Shown here piece after piece: positions 13,100 through 27,419 of a stretch of DNA of 64,000 nt. Position 1 is the stretch's first letter. Every line of letters begins with the position of its first letter. The position numbers were made by a program, and so were the translations under genes. The notes beneath the pieces were generated by a model. It saw only the letters and a list, made by a program, of their open reading frames with translations. It was not told the origin of the DNA and ran no database searches. The DNA comes from Paragordius varius (lineage: Eukaryota; Animalia; Nematomorpha), in the NCBI GenBank assembly GCA_964247055.1, contig OZ176053.1, forward strand, positions 13,702,001 to 13,766,000. The letters are read 5' to 3'.

Positions 13100-15317
13100 A
13101 ATACTCAAGTTAAACTTTGTCCTTAAAAATCGGATATTGGTCACCGGTGAACAAAATTATTTTTTATACATTCTCTCAGTAAGACTACATCAAAATATAG
13201 AGATAGTTTGACAAACTCTTTCATATCCGATTTTTACAACGATACTTTAAAAATAATGTGTTAAACTAGTCACATCAATACTCAAGTTAAACTTTGTCCT
13301 TAAAAATCGTATATTGGTCACCGGTGAACAAAATTATTTTTTATACATTCTCTTAGTAAGACTACATCAAAATATAGAGATAGTTTGACAAACTCTTTCA
13401 TATCCGATTTTTACAACAATACTTTAAAAATTAATGTATAAAACTAGTCCTATCAATAAATCGCATCAATACTCAAGTTAAACTTTGTCCTTAAAAATCG
13501 GATATTGGTCACCGGTGAACAAAATTTTTTTTATACATTCTCTTAGTAGGACTACATATAAATATAGAGATAGTTTGGCAAACTCTTTCATATCCGATTT
13601 TTACAACAATACTTTAAAAATTAATGTATAAAACTAGTCTAATCAATACTATAGTTAAACTTTGTCCTTAAAAATCGGATATTGGTCACCGGTGAACAAA
13701 ATAATTTTTGATACATTCTCTTAGTAAGACTACATCAAAATATAGAGATAGTTTGACAAACTCTTTCATATCCAATTTTTACAACGATACTTTAAAAATT
13801 ATGGTATTAAACCAGTCGCATCAATACTCAAGTTAAACTTTGTCCTTAAAAATCGGATATTGGTCACCGGTGAACAAAATAATTTTTTTACATTCTCTTA
13901 GTAAGACTACATCAAAATATAGAGATAGTTTGACAAACTCTTTCAAATCCGATTTTTACAACGATACTTTAAAAATTAATCTATTAAACTAGTCGCATCA
14001 ATACTCAAGTTAAACTTTGTCCTTAAAAATCGGATATTGGTCACCGGTGAACAAATTATTTTTTATACATTCTCTCAGTAAGACTACATCAAAATATAGA
14101 GATAGTTTGACAAACTCTTTCATATCCGATTTTTACAACGATACTTTAAAAATTAATGTATAAAACTAGTCGTATCAATAAATTGCATCAATACTCAAGT
14201 TAAACTTTGTCCTTAAAAATCGGATATTCGTCACCGGTGAACAAAATTATTTTTTATACATTCTCTTAGTAGGACTACATCAAAATATAGAGATAGTTTG
14301 GCAAACTCTTTCATATCTGATTTTTACAACGATACTTTAAAAATTAAGTGTTAAACTAGTCGCATCAATACTCAAGTTAAACTTTGTCCTTAAAAATCGG
14401 ATATTGGTCACCGGTGAACAAAATTATTTTTTATACATTCTCTCAGTAAGACTACATCAAAATAAATTGATAGTTTGACAAACTCTTTCATATCCGATTT
14501 TTACAACGATACTTTAAAAATAATGTGTTAAACTAGTCACATCAATACTCAAGTTAAACTTTGTCCTTAAAAATCGTATATTGGTCACCGGTGAACAAAA
14601 TTATTTTTTATACATTCTCTTAGTAAGACTACATCAAAATATAGAGATAGTTTGACAAACTCTTTCATATCCGATTTTTACAACAATACTTTAAAAATTA
14701 ATGTATAAAACTAGTCCTATCAATAAATCGCATCAATACTCAAGTTAAACTTTGTCCTTAAAAATCGGATATTGGTCACCGGTGAACAAAATTTTTTTTA
14801 TACATTCTCTTAGTAGGACTACATATAAATATAGAGATAGTTTGGCAAACTCTTTCATATCCGATTTTTACAACAATACTTTAAAAATTAATGTATAAAA
14901 CTAGTCTAATCAATACTATAGTTAAACTTTGTCCTTAAAAATCGGATATTGGTCACCGGTGAACAAAATAATTTTTGATACATTCTCTTAGTAAGACTAC
15001 ATCAAAATATAGAGATAGTTTGACAAACTCTTTCATATCCAATTTTTACAACGATACTTTAAAAATTATGGTATTAAACCAGTCGCATCAATACTCAAGT
15101 TAAACTTTGTCCTTAAAAATCGGATATTGGTCACCGGTGAACAAAATAATTTTTTTACATTCTCTTAGTAAGACTACATCAAAATATAGAGATAGTTTGA
15201 CAAACTCTTTCAAATCCGATTTTTACAACGATACTTTAAAAATTAATCTATTAAACTAGTCGCATCAATACTCAAGTTAAACTTTGTCCTTAAAAATCGG
15301 ATATTGGTCACCGGTGA
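13100..15317 (+). repeat. Local block duplication of about 950 bp at offset 1267 bp (7-monomer period)
   Basis: AGTCACATC (13271/14538), AATCGTATATT, AGTCCTATC, AGTCTAATC and ATCCAATTTT occur in the same order at a constant offset. Confidence 0.85.
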
Positions 15318-18300
15318 ACAAAATAATTTTTTATACATTCTCTTAGCAAGACTACATCAAATAATAGAGATAGTTTGATAAACTCTTTCATATCCGATTT
15401 TTACAACGATACTTTACAAATTAATGTATAAAACTAGTCGTATCAATAAGTCGCATCAATACTCAAGTTAAACTTTGTCCTTAAAAATCGGATATTGGTC
15501 ACCGGTGAACAAAATTATTTTTTATACATTCTCTTAGTAAGACTACATCAAAATATAGAGATAGTTTGACAAACTCTTTCATATCCGATTTTTACAACGA
15601 TACTTTAAAAATTATGGTATCAAACCAGTCGCATCAATACTCAAGTTAAACTTTGTCCTTAAAAATCGGATATTGGTCACCGGTGAACAAAATTATTTTT
15701 TATACATTCTCTTAGTAGGACTACATATAAATATAGAGATAGTTTGGCAAATTCTTTCATATCCGATTTTTACAACAATACTTTAAAAATTAATGTATAA
15801 AACTAGTCGCATGATTACTCAAGTTAAACTTTGTCCTTAATAATCGGATATTGGTCACCGGTGAACAAAATAATTTTTTATACATTCTCTTAGTAAGACT
15901 ACATCAAAATATAGAGATAGTTTTGCAAACTCTTTCATATCCGATTTTTACAACGATACTTTAAAAATTAATGTATAAAACTAGTCGCATCAATACTCAA
16001 GTTAAACTTTGTCCTCAAAAATCGGATATTGGTCACCGGTGAACAAAATTTTTTTTATACATTCTCTTAGTAGGACTACATATAAATATAGAGATAGTTT
16101 GGCAAACCTTTCATATCCGATTTTTACAACAATACTTTAAAAATTAATGTATAAAACTAGTCGCATGATTACTCAAGTTAAACTTTGTCCTTAAAAATCG
16201 GATATTGGTCACCGGTGAACAAAATAATTTTTTATACATTCTCTTAGTAAGACTACATCAAAATATAGAGATAGTTTTGCAAACTCTTTCATATCCGATT
16301 TTTACAACGATACTTTAAAAATTAATGTATAAAACTAGTCGCATCAATACTCAAGTTAAACTTTGTCCTTAAAAATCGGATATTGGTCACCGGTGAACAA
16401 AATTATTTTTTATACATTCTCTTAGTAAGACTACATCAAAATATAGAGATAGTTTGAGAAACTCTTTCATATCCGATTTTTACAACGATACTTTAAAAAT
16501 TAATGTATTAAACTAGTCGCATCAATACTCAAGTTAAACTTTGTCCTTAAAAATCGGATATTGGTCACCGGTGAACAAAATTATTTTTTATACATTCTCT
16601 TAGTAAGACTACATCAAAATATAGAGATAGTTTTGCAAACTCTTTCATATCCGATTTTTACAACGATACTTTTAAAATTAATGTATAAAACTAGTCGCAT
16701 CAATACTCAAGTTAAACTTTGTCCTTAAAAATCGGATATTGGTCACCGGTGAACAAAATTATTTTTTATACATTCTCTTAGTAAGACTACATCAAAATAT
16801 AGAGATAGTTTGAGAAACTCTTTCATATCCGATTTTTACAACGATACTTTAAAAATTAATGTATTAAACTAGTCGCATCAATACTCAAGTTAAACTTTGT
16901 CCTTAAAAATCGGATATTGGTCACCGGTGAACAAAATTATTTTTTATACATTCTCTTAGTAAGACTACATCAAAATATAGAGATAGTTTGACAAACTCTT
17001 TCATATCCGATTTTTACAACGATACTTTAAAAATTATGGTATCAAACCAGTCGCATCAATACTCAAGTTAAACTTTGTCCTTAAAAATCGGATATTGGTC
17101 ACCGGTGAACAAAATTATTTTTTATACATTCTCTTAGTAGGACTACATCAAAATATAGAGATAGTTTGGCAAACTCTTTCATATCCGATTTTTACAACGA
17201 TACTTTAAAAATTAATGTATAAAACTAGTCGCATCAATACTATAGTTAAACTTTGTCCTTAAAAATCGGATATTGGTCACCGGTAAACAAAATAATTTTT
17301 GATACATTCTCTTAGTAAGACTACATCAAAATATAGAGATAGTTTGACAAACTCTTTCATATCCAATTTTTACAACGATACTTTAAAAATTATGGTATTA
17401 AACCAGTCGCATCAATACTCAAGTTAAACTTTGTCCTTAAAAATCGGATATTGGTCACCGGTGAACAAAATAATTTTTTTACATTCTCTTAGTAAGACTA
17501 AATCAAAATATAGAGATAGTTTGACAAACTCTTTCAAATCCGATTTTTACAACGATACTTTAATAATTAATCTATTAAACTAGTCGCTTCAATACTGTAG
17601 TTAAACTTTGTCCTTAAAAATCGGATATTGGTCACCGGTGAACAAAATAATTTTTTATACCTTCTCTTAGCAAGACTACATCAAATAATAGAGATTTGAC
17701 AAACTCTTTCATATCCGATTTTTACAACGATACTTTACAAATTAATGTATAAAACTAGTCGTATCAATAAGTCGCATCAATACTCAAGTTAAACTTTGTC
17801 CTTAAAAATCGGATATTGGTCACCGGTGAACAAAATAATTTTTTATACATTCTCTTAGTAAGACTACATCAAAATATAGAGATAGTTTTGCAAACTCTTT
17901 CATATCCGATTTTTACAACGATACTTTAAAAATTAATGTATAAAACTAGTCGCATCAATACTCAAGTTAAACTTTGTCCTTAAAAATCGGATATTGGTCA
18001 CCGGTGAACAAAATTTTTTTTATACATTCTCTTAGTAGGACTACATATAAATATAGAGATAGTTTGGCAAACTCTTTCATATCCGATTTTTACAACAATA
18101 CTTTAAAAATTAATGTATAAAACTAGTCGCATGATTACTCAAGTTAAACTTTGTCCTTAAAAATCGGATATTGGTCACCGGTGAACAAAATAATTTTTTA
18201 TACATTCTCTTAGTAAGACTACATCAAAATATAGAGATAGTTTTGCAAACTCTTTCATATCCGATTTTTACAACGATACTTTAAAAATTAATGTATAAAA

Positions 18301-18742
18301 CTAGTCGCATCAATACTCAAGTTAAACTTTGTCCTTAAAAATCGGATATTGGTCACCGGTGAACAAAATTATTTTTTATACATTCTCTTAGTAAGACTAC
18401 ATCAAAATATAGAGATAGTTTGAGAAACTCTTTCATATCCGATTTTTACAACGATACTTTAAAAATTAATGTATTAAACTAGTCGCATCAATACTCAAGT
18501 TAAACTTTGTCCTTAAAAATCGGATATTGGTCACCGGTGAACAAAATTATTTTTTATACATTCTCTTAGTAAGACTACATCAAAATATAGAGATAGTTTG
18601 ACAAACTCTTTCATATCCGATTTTAACAACGATACTTTAAAAATTAATGTATTAAACTAGTCGCATCAATACTCAAGTTAAACTTTGTCCTTAAAAATCG
18701 GATATTGGTCACCGGTGAACAAAATTATTTTTTAAACATTCT

Positions 18743-19628
18743 CTTAGTAAGACTACATCAAAATATAGAGATAGTTTGACAAACTCTTTAATATCTGATT
18801 TTTACAACGAAACTTTAAAAATTAATGTATAATTTAGCATACGACAATATTCAATTTAAACTTTGTCCTTAAAAATCGGATATTGGTGACCGGTGAACGA
18901 AACTATTTTCTATACATTCTCTTAGAAGGACTACATTAAAATATAGAGATAGTTTGACAAAGTCTTTCATATCCGATTTTTACAACGTTACTTTAAAAAT
19001 TAATGTATAAAACTAGTCGCATCAATACTCAACCTAAACTTTGTCCTTAAAAATGGGATATTGGTCACCGGTGAACAAAACTATTTTTTATACATTCTCT
19101 TAGTAAGACTACATCAAAATATAGAGATAATTTGACAAACTCTTTAATATCTGATTTTTAGAGCGATACTTTAAAAATTAATGTATAATTTACATACGAC
19201 AATAAGCAAGTTAAACTTTGTCCTTAAAAATCGGATATTAGTCGCCGGTAAAGAAAATAATTTTTTATACATTCTCTTAGTAGTACTACATCAAAATATA
19301 GAGATAGTTTGACAAACTCTTTAATATCTGATTTTTAGAGCGATACTTTAAAAATAAATGTATAATTTAGCATACGACAATAAGCAAGTTAAACTTTGTC
19401 CTTAAAAATCGGATATTGGTCTCCGGTGAACAAAATTATTTTTTATACATTCTCTTAGTAAGACTACATCAAAATATAGAGATAGTTCAAACTCTTTCAT
19501 ATCCGATTTTTACAACGATACTTTAAAAATTAATGTATAAAACTAGTCGCATCAATACTCAAGCTAAACTTTGTCCTTAAAAATGGGATATTGGTCACCG
19601 GTGAACAAAATTATTTTTTATACATTCT
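18743..19628 (+). repeat. First occurrence of a 5-monomer cassette containing divergent B-type monomers (TTTAGCATACGACAATA block)
   Basis: Monomer starts at 18743, 18921, 19099, 19276, 19454 and 19629. Diagnostic variants: GGTGACCGGTGAACGAAAC, TTAGAAGG, AAAGTCTTTC, CAACCTAAAC, AATGGGAT, TTAGAGCG, TTAGTCGCCGGTAAAG, GGTCTCCGG and GATAGTTCAAAC. Confidence 0.9.
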
Positions 19629-22600
19629 CTTATTAAGACTACATCAAAATATAGAGATAGTTTGACAAACTCTTTCATATCCGATTTTTACAACGATACT
19701 TTAAAAATTAATGTATAAAACTAGTCGCATCAATACTCAAGTTAAACTTTGTCCTTAAAAATCGGATATTGGTCACCGGTGAACAAAATTTTTTTTATAC
19801 ATTCTCTTAGTAGGACTACATATAAATATAGAGATAGTTTGGCAAACTCTTTCATATCCGATTTTTACAACGATACTTTAAAAATTAATGTATAAAACTA
19901 GTCGCATCAATACTCAAGTTTAACTTTGTCCTTAAAAATCGGATATTGGTCACCGGTGAACAAAATAATTTTTTTACATTCTGTTAGTAAGACTACATCA
20001 AAATATAGAGATAGTTTGACAAACTCTTTCATATCCGATTTTTACAACGATACTTTAAAAATTATGGTATAACCAGTCGCATCAATACTCAAGTTAAACT
20101 TTGTCCTTAAAAATCGGATATTGGTCACCGGTGAACAAAATTATTTTTTATACATTCTCTTAGTAAGACTACATCAAAATATAGAGATATTTTGACAAAC
20201 TCTTTCATATCCGATTTTTACAACAATACTTTAAAAATTGATGTATAAAACTAGTCGTATCAATAAATCGCATCAATACTCAAGTTAAACTTTGTCCTTA
20301 AAAATCGGATATTGGTCACCGGTGAACAAAATTATTTTTTATACATTCTCTTAGTAGGACTACATCAAAATTAAGAGATAGTTTGGCAAACTCTTTCATA
20401 TCCGATTTTTACAACGATACTTTAAAAATTAATGTATAAAACTAGTCGCATCAATACTAAAGTTAAACTTTGTCCTTAAAAATCGGATATTGGTCACCGG
20501 TGAACAAAATAATTTTTTATACATTCTCTTAGTAAGACTACATCAAAATATAGAAATAGTTTGACAAACACTTTCATATCCGATTTTTACAACGATACTT
20601 TAAAAATTAATGTATTAAACTAGTCGCATCAATACTCATGTTAAACTTTGTCCTTAAAAATCGGATATTGGTCACGGGTGAACAAAATTATTTTTTATAC
20701 ATTCTCTTAGTAAGACTACATCAAATTATAGAGATAGTTTGACAAACTCTTTCATATCCGATTTTTACAATTAAACCAGTCGCATCAATACTCAAGTTAA
20801 ACTTTGTCCTTAAAAATCGGATATTGGTCACCGGTGAACAAAATTATTTTTTATACATTCTCTTAGTAAGACTACATCAAAATATAGAGATAGTTTGACA
20901 AACTCTTTCATATCCGATTTTTACAACGATACTTTAAAAATTAATGTATAAAACTAGTCGCATGATTACTCAAGTTAAACTTTGTCCTTAAAAATCGGAT
21001 ATTGGTCACCGGTGAACAAAATTATTTTTTATACATTCTCTTAGTACTACATCAAAATATAGAGATAGTTTGACAAACTCTTTCATATCCGATTTTTACA
21101 ACGATACTTTATAAATTAATGTATAAAACTAGTCGTATCAATAAATCGCATCAATACTCAAGTTAAACTTTGTCCTTAAAAATCGGATATTGGTCACCGG
21201 TGAACAAAATTATTTTTTATACATTCTCTTAGTAGGACTACATCAAAATATAGAGATAGTTTGGCAAACTCTTTCATATCCGATTTTTACAACGATACTT
21301 TAAAAATTAATGTATAAAACTAGTCGTTATAAATCGCATCAATACTCAAGTTAAACTTTGTCCTTAAAAATCGGATATTGGTCACCGGTGAACAAAATTA
21401 TTTTTTATACATTCTCTTAGTAAGACTACATCAAAATATAGAGATAGTTTGACAAACTCTTTCATATCCGATTTTTACAACGATACTTTAAAAATTAATG
21501 TATAAAACTAGTCGCATGATTACTCAAGTTAAACTTTGTCCTTAAAAATCGGATATTGGTCACCGGTGAACAAAATTATTTTTTATACATTCTCTTAGTA
21601 AGACTACATCAAAATATAGAGATAGTTTGATAAACTCTTTCATATCCGATTTTTACAACGATACTTTTAAAATTAATGTATAAAACTAGTCGCATGATTA
21701 CTCAAGTTAAACTTTGTCCTTAAAAATCGGATATTGGTCACCGGTGAACAAAATTATTTTTTATACATTCTCTTAGTAAGACTACATCAAAATATAGAGA
21801 TAGTTTGACAAACTCTTTCATATCCGATTTTTACAATTAAACCAGTCGCATCAATACTCAAGTTAAACTTTGTCCTTAAAAATCGGATATTGGTACCGGT
21901 GAACAAAATTATTTTTTATACATTCTCTTAGTAAGACTACATCAAAATATAGAGATAGTTTGACAAACTCTTTCATATCCGATTTTTACAACGATACTTT
22001 AAAAATTAATGTATAAAACTAGTCGCATGATTACTCAAGTTAAACTTTGTCCTTAAAAATCGGATATTGGTCACCGGTGAACAAAATTATTTTTTATACA
22101 TTCTCTTAGTAGGACTACATCAAAATATAGAGATAGTTTGACAAACTCTTTAATATCTGATTTTTACAACGATACTTTAAAAATTAATGTATAATTTAGC
22201 ATACGACAATATTCAATTTAAACTTTGTCCTTAAAAATCGGATATTGGTGACCGGTGAACGAAACTATTTTCTATACATTCTCTTAGAAGGACTACATTA
22301 AAATATAGAGATAGTTTGACAAAGTCTTTCATATCCGATTTTTACAACGTTACTTTAAAAATTAATGTATAAAACTAGTCGCATCAATACTCAACCTAAA
22401 CTTTGTCCTTAAAAATGGGATATTGGTCACCGGTGAACAAAACTATTTTTTATACATTCTCTTAGTAAGACTATATCAAAATATAGAGATAATTTGACAA
22501 ACTCTTTAATATCTGATTTTTAGAGCGATACTTTAAAAATTAATGTATAATTTACATACGACAATAAGCAAGTTAAACTTTGTCCTTAAAAATCGGATAT

Positions 22601-25324
22601 TAGTCGCCGGTAAAGAAAATAATTTTTTATACATTCTCTTAGTAGTACTACATCAAAATATAGAGATAGTTTGACAAACTCTTTAATATCTGATTTTTAG
22701 AGCGATACTTTAAAAATAAATGTATAATTTAGCATACGACAATAAGCAAGTTAAACTTTGTCCTTAAAAATCGGATATTGGTCTCCGGTGAACAAAATTA
22801 TTTTTTATACATTCTCTTATTAAGACTACATCAAAATATAGAGATAGTTCAAACTCTTTCATATCCGATTTTTACAACGATACTTTTAAAATTAATGTAT
22901 AAAACTAGTCGCATCAATACTCAAGCTAAACTTTGTCCTTAAAAATGGGATATTGGTCACCGGTGAACAAAATTATTTTTTATACATTCTCTTATTAAGA
23001 CTACATCAAAATATAGAGATAGTTTGACAAACTCTTTCATATCCGATTTTTACAACAATACTTTAAAAATTAATGTATAAAACTAGTCGCATCAATACTC
23101 AAGTTAAACTTTGTCCTTAAAAATCGGATATTGGTCACCGGTGAACAAAATTTTTTTTATACATTCTCTTAGTATGACTACATATAAATATAGAGATAGT
23201 TTGGCAAACTCTTTCATATCCGATTTTTACAACGATACTTTAAAAATTAATGTATAAAACTAGTCGCATCAATACTCAAGTTAAACTTTGTCCTTAAAAA
23301 TCGGATATTGGTCACCGGTGAACAAAATAATTTTTTTACATTCTGTTAGTAAGACTACATCAAAATATAGAGATAGTTTGACAAACTCTTTCATATCCGA
23401 TTTTTACAACGATACTTTAAAAATTATGGTATAACCAGTCGCATCAATACTCAAGTTAAACTTTGTCCTTAAAAATCGGATATTGGTCACCGGTGAACAA
23501 AATTATTTTTTATACATTCTCTTAGTAAGACTACATCAAAATATAGAGATATTTTGACAAACTCTTTCATATCCGATTTTTACAACAATACTTTAAAAAT
23601 TGATGTATAAAACTAGTCGTATCAATAAATCGCATCAATACTCAAGTTAAACTTTGTCCTTAAAAATCGGATATTGGTCACCGGTGAACAAAATTATTTT
23701 TTATACATTCTCTTAGTAGGACTACATCAAAATTAAGAGATAGTTTGGCAAACTCTTTCATATCCGATTTTTACAACGATACTTTAAAAATTAATGTATA
23801 AAACTAGTCGCATCAATACTAAAGTTAAACTTTGTCCTTAAAAATCGGATATTGGTCACCGGTGAACAAAATAATTTTTTATACATTCTCTTAGTAAGAC
23901 TACATCAAAATATAGAAATAGTTTGACAAACACTTTCATATCCGATTTTTACAACGATACTTTAAAAATTAATGTATTAAACTAGTCGCATCAATACTCA
24001 TGTTAAACTTTGTCCTTAAAAATCGGATATTGGTCACGGGTGAACAAAATTATTTTTTATACATTCTCTTAGTAAGACTACATCAAATTATAGAGATAGT
24101 TTGACAAACTCTTTCATATCCGATTTTTACAATTAAACCAGTCGCATCAATACTCAAGTTAAACTTTGTCCTTAAAAATCGGATATTGGTCACCGGTGAA
24201 CAAAATTATTTTTTATACATTCTCTTAGTAAGACTACATCAAAATATAGAGATAGTTTGACAAACTCTTTCATATCCGATTTTTACAACGATACTTTAAA
24301 AATTAATGTATAAAACTAGTCGCATGATTACTCAAGTTAAACTTTGTCCTTAAAAATCGGATATTGGTCACCGGTGAACAAAATTATTTTTTATACATTC
24401 TCTTAGTACTACATCAAAATATAGAGATAGTTTGACAAACTCTTTCATATCCGATTTTTACAACGATACTTTATAAATTAATGTATAAAACTAGTCGTAT
24501 CAATAAATCGCATCAATACTCAAGTTAAACTTTGTCCTTAAAAATCGGATATTGGTCACCGGTGAACAAAATTATTTTTTATACATTCTCTTAGTAGGAC
24601 TACATCAAAATATAGAGATAGTTTGGCAAACTCTTTCATATCCGATTTTTACAACGATACTTTAAAAATTAATGTATAAAACTAGTCGTTATAAATCGCA
24701 TCAATACTCAAGTTAAACTTTGTCCTTAAAAATCGGATATTGGTCACCGGTGAACAAAATTATTTTTTATACATTCTCTTAGTAAGACTACATCAAAATA
24801 TAGAGATAGTTTGACAAACTCTTTCATATCCGATTTTTACAACGATACTTTAAAAATTAATGTATAAAACTAGTCGCATGATTACTCAAGTTAAACTTTG
24901 TCCTTAAAAATCGGATATTGGTCACCGGTGAACAAAATTATTTTTTATACATTCTCTTAGTAGGACTACATCAAAATATAGAGATAGTTTGACAAACTCT
25001 TTCATATCCGATTTTTACAATTAAACCAGTCGCATCAATACTCAAGTTAAACTTTGTCCTTAAAAATCGGATATTGGTACCGGTGAACAAAATTATTTTT
25101 TATACATTCTCTTAGTAAGACTACATCAAAATATAGAGATAGTTTGACAAACTCTTTCATATCCGATTTTTACAACGATACTTTAAAAATTAATGTATAA
25201 AACTAGTCGCATGATTACTCAAGTTAAACTTTGTCCTTAAAAATCGGATATTGGTCACCGGTGAACAAAATTATTTTTTATACATTCTCTTAGTAGGACT
25301 ACATCAAAATATAGAGATAGTTTG
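18752..25324 (+). repeat. Tandem higher-order duplication with a 3362-bp (19-monomer) unit; the second copy lacks one monomer and has scattered substitutions
   Basis: Offset 3362 at AATTTAGC (18831/22193), GGTATAACC (20071/23433) and TTAGTACTAC (21044/24406). The offset falls to 3184 at TGGTACCGG (21895/25079). Confidence 0.88.
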
Positions 25325-27419
25325 GCAAACTCTTTCATACCCGATTTTTACAACGATACTTTAAAAATTAATGTATAAAACTAGTCGTATCAATAAATCG
25401 CATCAACACTCAAGTTAAACTTTGTCCTTAAAAATCGGATATTCGTCACCGGTGAACAAAATTATTTTTTATACATTCTCTTAGTAGGACTACATCAAAA
25501 TATAGAGATAGTTTGGCAAACTCTTTCATATCTGATTTTTACAACGATACTTTAAAAATTAAGTGTTAAACTAGTCGCATCAATACTCAAGTTAAACTTT
25601 GTCCTTAAAAATCGGATATTGGTCACCGGTGAACAAAATTATTTTTTATACATTCTCTCAGTAAGACTACATCAAAATATAGAGATAGTTTGACAAACTC
25701 TTTCATATCCGATTTTTACAACGATACTTTAAAAATAATGTGTTAAACTAGTCACATCAATACTCAAGTTAAACTTTGTCCTTAAAAATCGGATATTGGT
25801 CACCGGTGAACAAAATTATTTTTTATACATTCTCTTAGTAAGACTACATTAAAATATAGAGATAGTTTGACAAACTCTTTCATATCCGATTTTTACAACA
25901 ATACTTTAAAAATTAATGTATAAAACTAGTCGTATCAATAAATCGCATCAATACTCAAGTTAAACTTTGTCCTTAAAAATCGGATATTGGTCACCGGTGA
26001 ACAAAATTATTTTTTATACATTCTCTCAGTAAGACTACATCAAAATATAGAGATAGTTTGACAAACTCTTTCATATCCGATTTTTACAACGATACTTTAA
26101 AAATAATGTATAAAACTAGTCGTATCAATAAATCGCATCAATACTCAAGTTAAACTTTGTCCTTAAAAATCGGATATTGGTCACCGGTGAACAAAATTAT
26201 TTTTTATACATTCTCTTAGTAGGACTACATCAAAATATAGAGATAGTTTGGCAAACTCTTTCATATCCGATTTTTACAACGATACTTTAAAAATTAATGT
26301 ATAAAACTAGTCGCATCAATACTATAGTTATTGTCCTTAAAAATCGGATATTGGTCACCGGTGAACAAAATAATTTTTGATACATTCTCTTAGTAAGACT
26401 ACATCAAAATATAGAGATAGTTTGACAAACTCTTTCATATCCAATTTTTACAACGATACTTTAAAAATTATGGTATTAAACCAGTCGCATCAATACTCAA
26501 GTTAAACTTTGTCCTTAAAAATCGGATATTGGTCACCGGTGAACAAAATAATTTTTTTACATTCTCTTAGTAAGACTACATCAAAATATAGAGATAGTTT
26601 GACAAACTCTTTCAAATCCGATTTTTACAACGATACTTTAAAAATTAATCTATTAAACTAGTCGCATCAATACTCAAGTTAAACTTTGTCCTTAAAAATC
26701 GGATATTGGTCACCGGTGAACAAAATAATTTTTTATACATTCTCTTAGCAAGACTACATCAAATAATAGAAATAGTTTGACAAACTCTTTCATATCCGAT
26801 TTTTACAACGATACTTTACAAATTAATGTATAAAACTAGTCGTATCAATAAGTCGCATCAATACTCAAGTTAAACTTTGTCCTTAAAAATCGGATATTGG
26901 TCACCGGTGAACAAAATAATTTTTTATATATTCTCTTAGTAAGACTACATCAAAATATAGAGATAGTTTGACAAACTCTTTCATATCCGATTTTTACAAC
27001 GATACTTTAAAAATTATGGTATTAAACCAGTCGCATCAATACTCAAGTTAAACTTTGTCCTTAAAAATCGGATATTGGTCACCGGTGAACAAAATTTTTT
27101 TTATACATTCTCTTAGTAGGACTACATATAAATATAGAGATAGTTTGGCAAACTCTTTCATATCCGATTTTTACAACAATACTTTAAAAATTAATGTATA
27201 AAACTAGTCGCATGATTACTCAAGTTAAACTTTGTCCTTAATAATCGGATATTGGTCACCGGTGAACAAAATAATTTTTTATACATTCTCTTAGTAAGAC
27301 TACATCAAAATATAGAGATAGTTTTGCAAACTCTTTCATATCCGATTTTTACAACGATACTTTAAAAATTAATGTATAAAACTAGTCGCATCAATACTCA
27401 AGTTAAACTTTGTCCTTAA

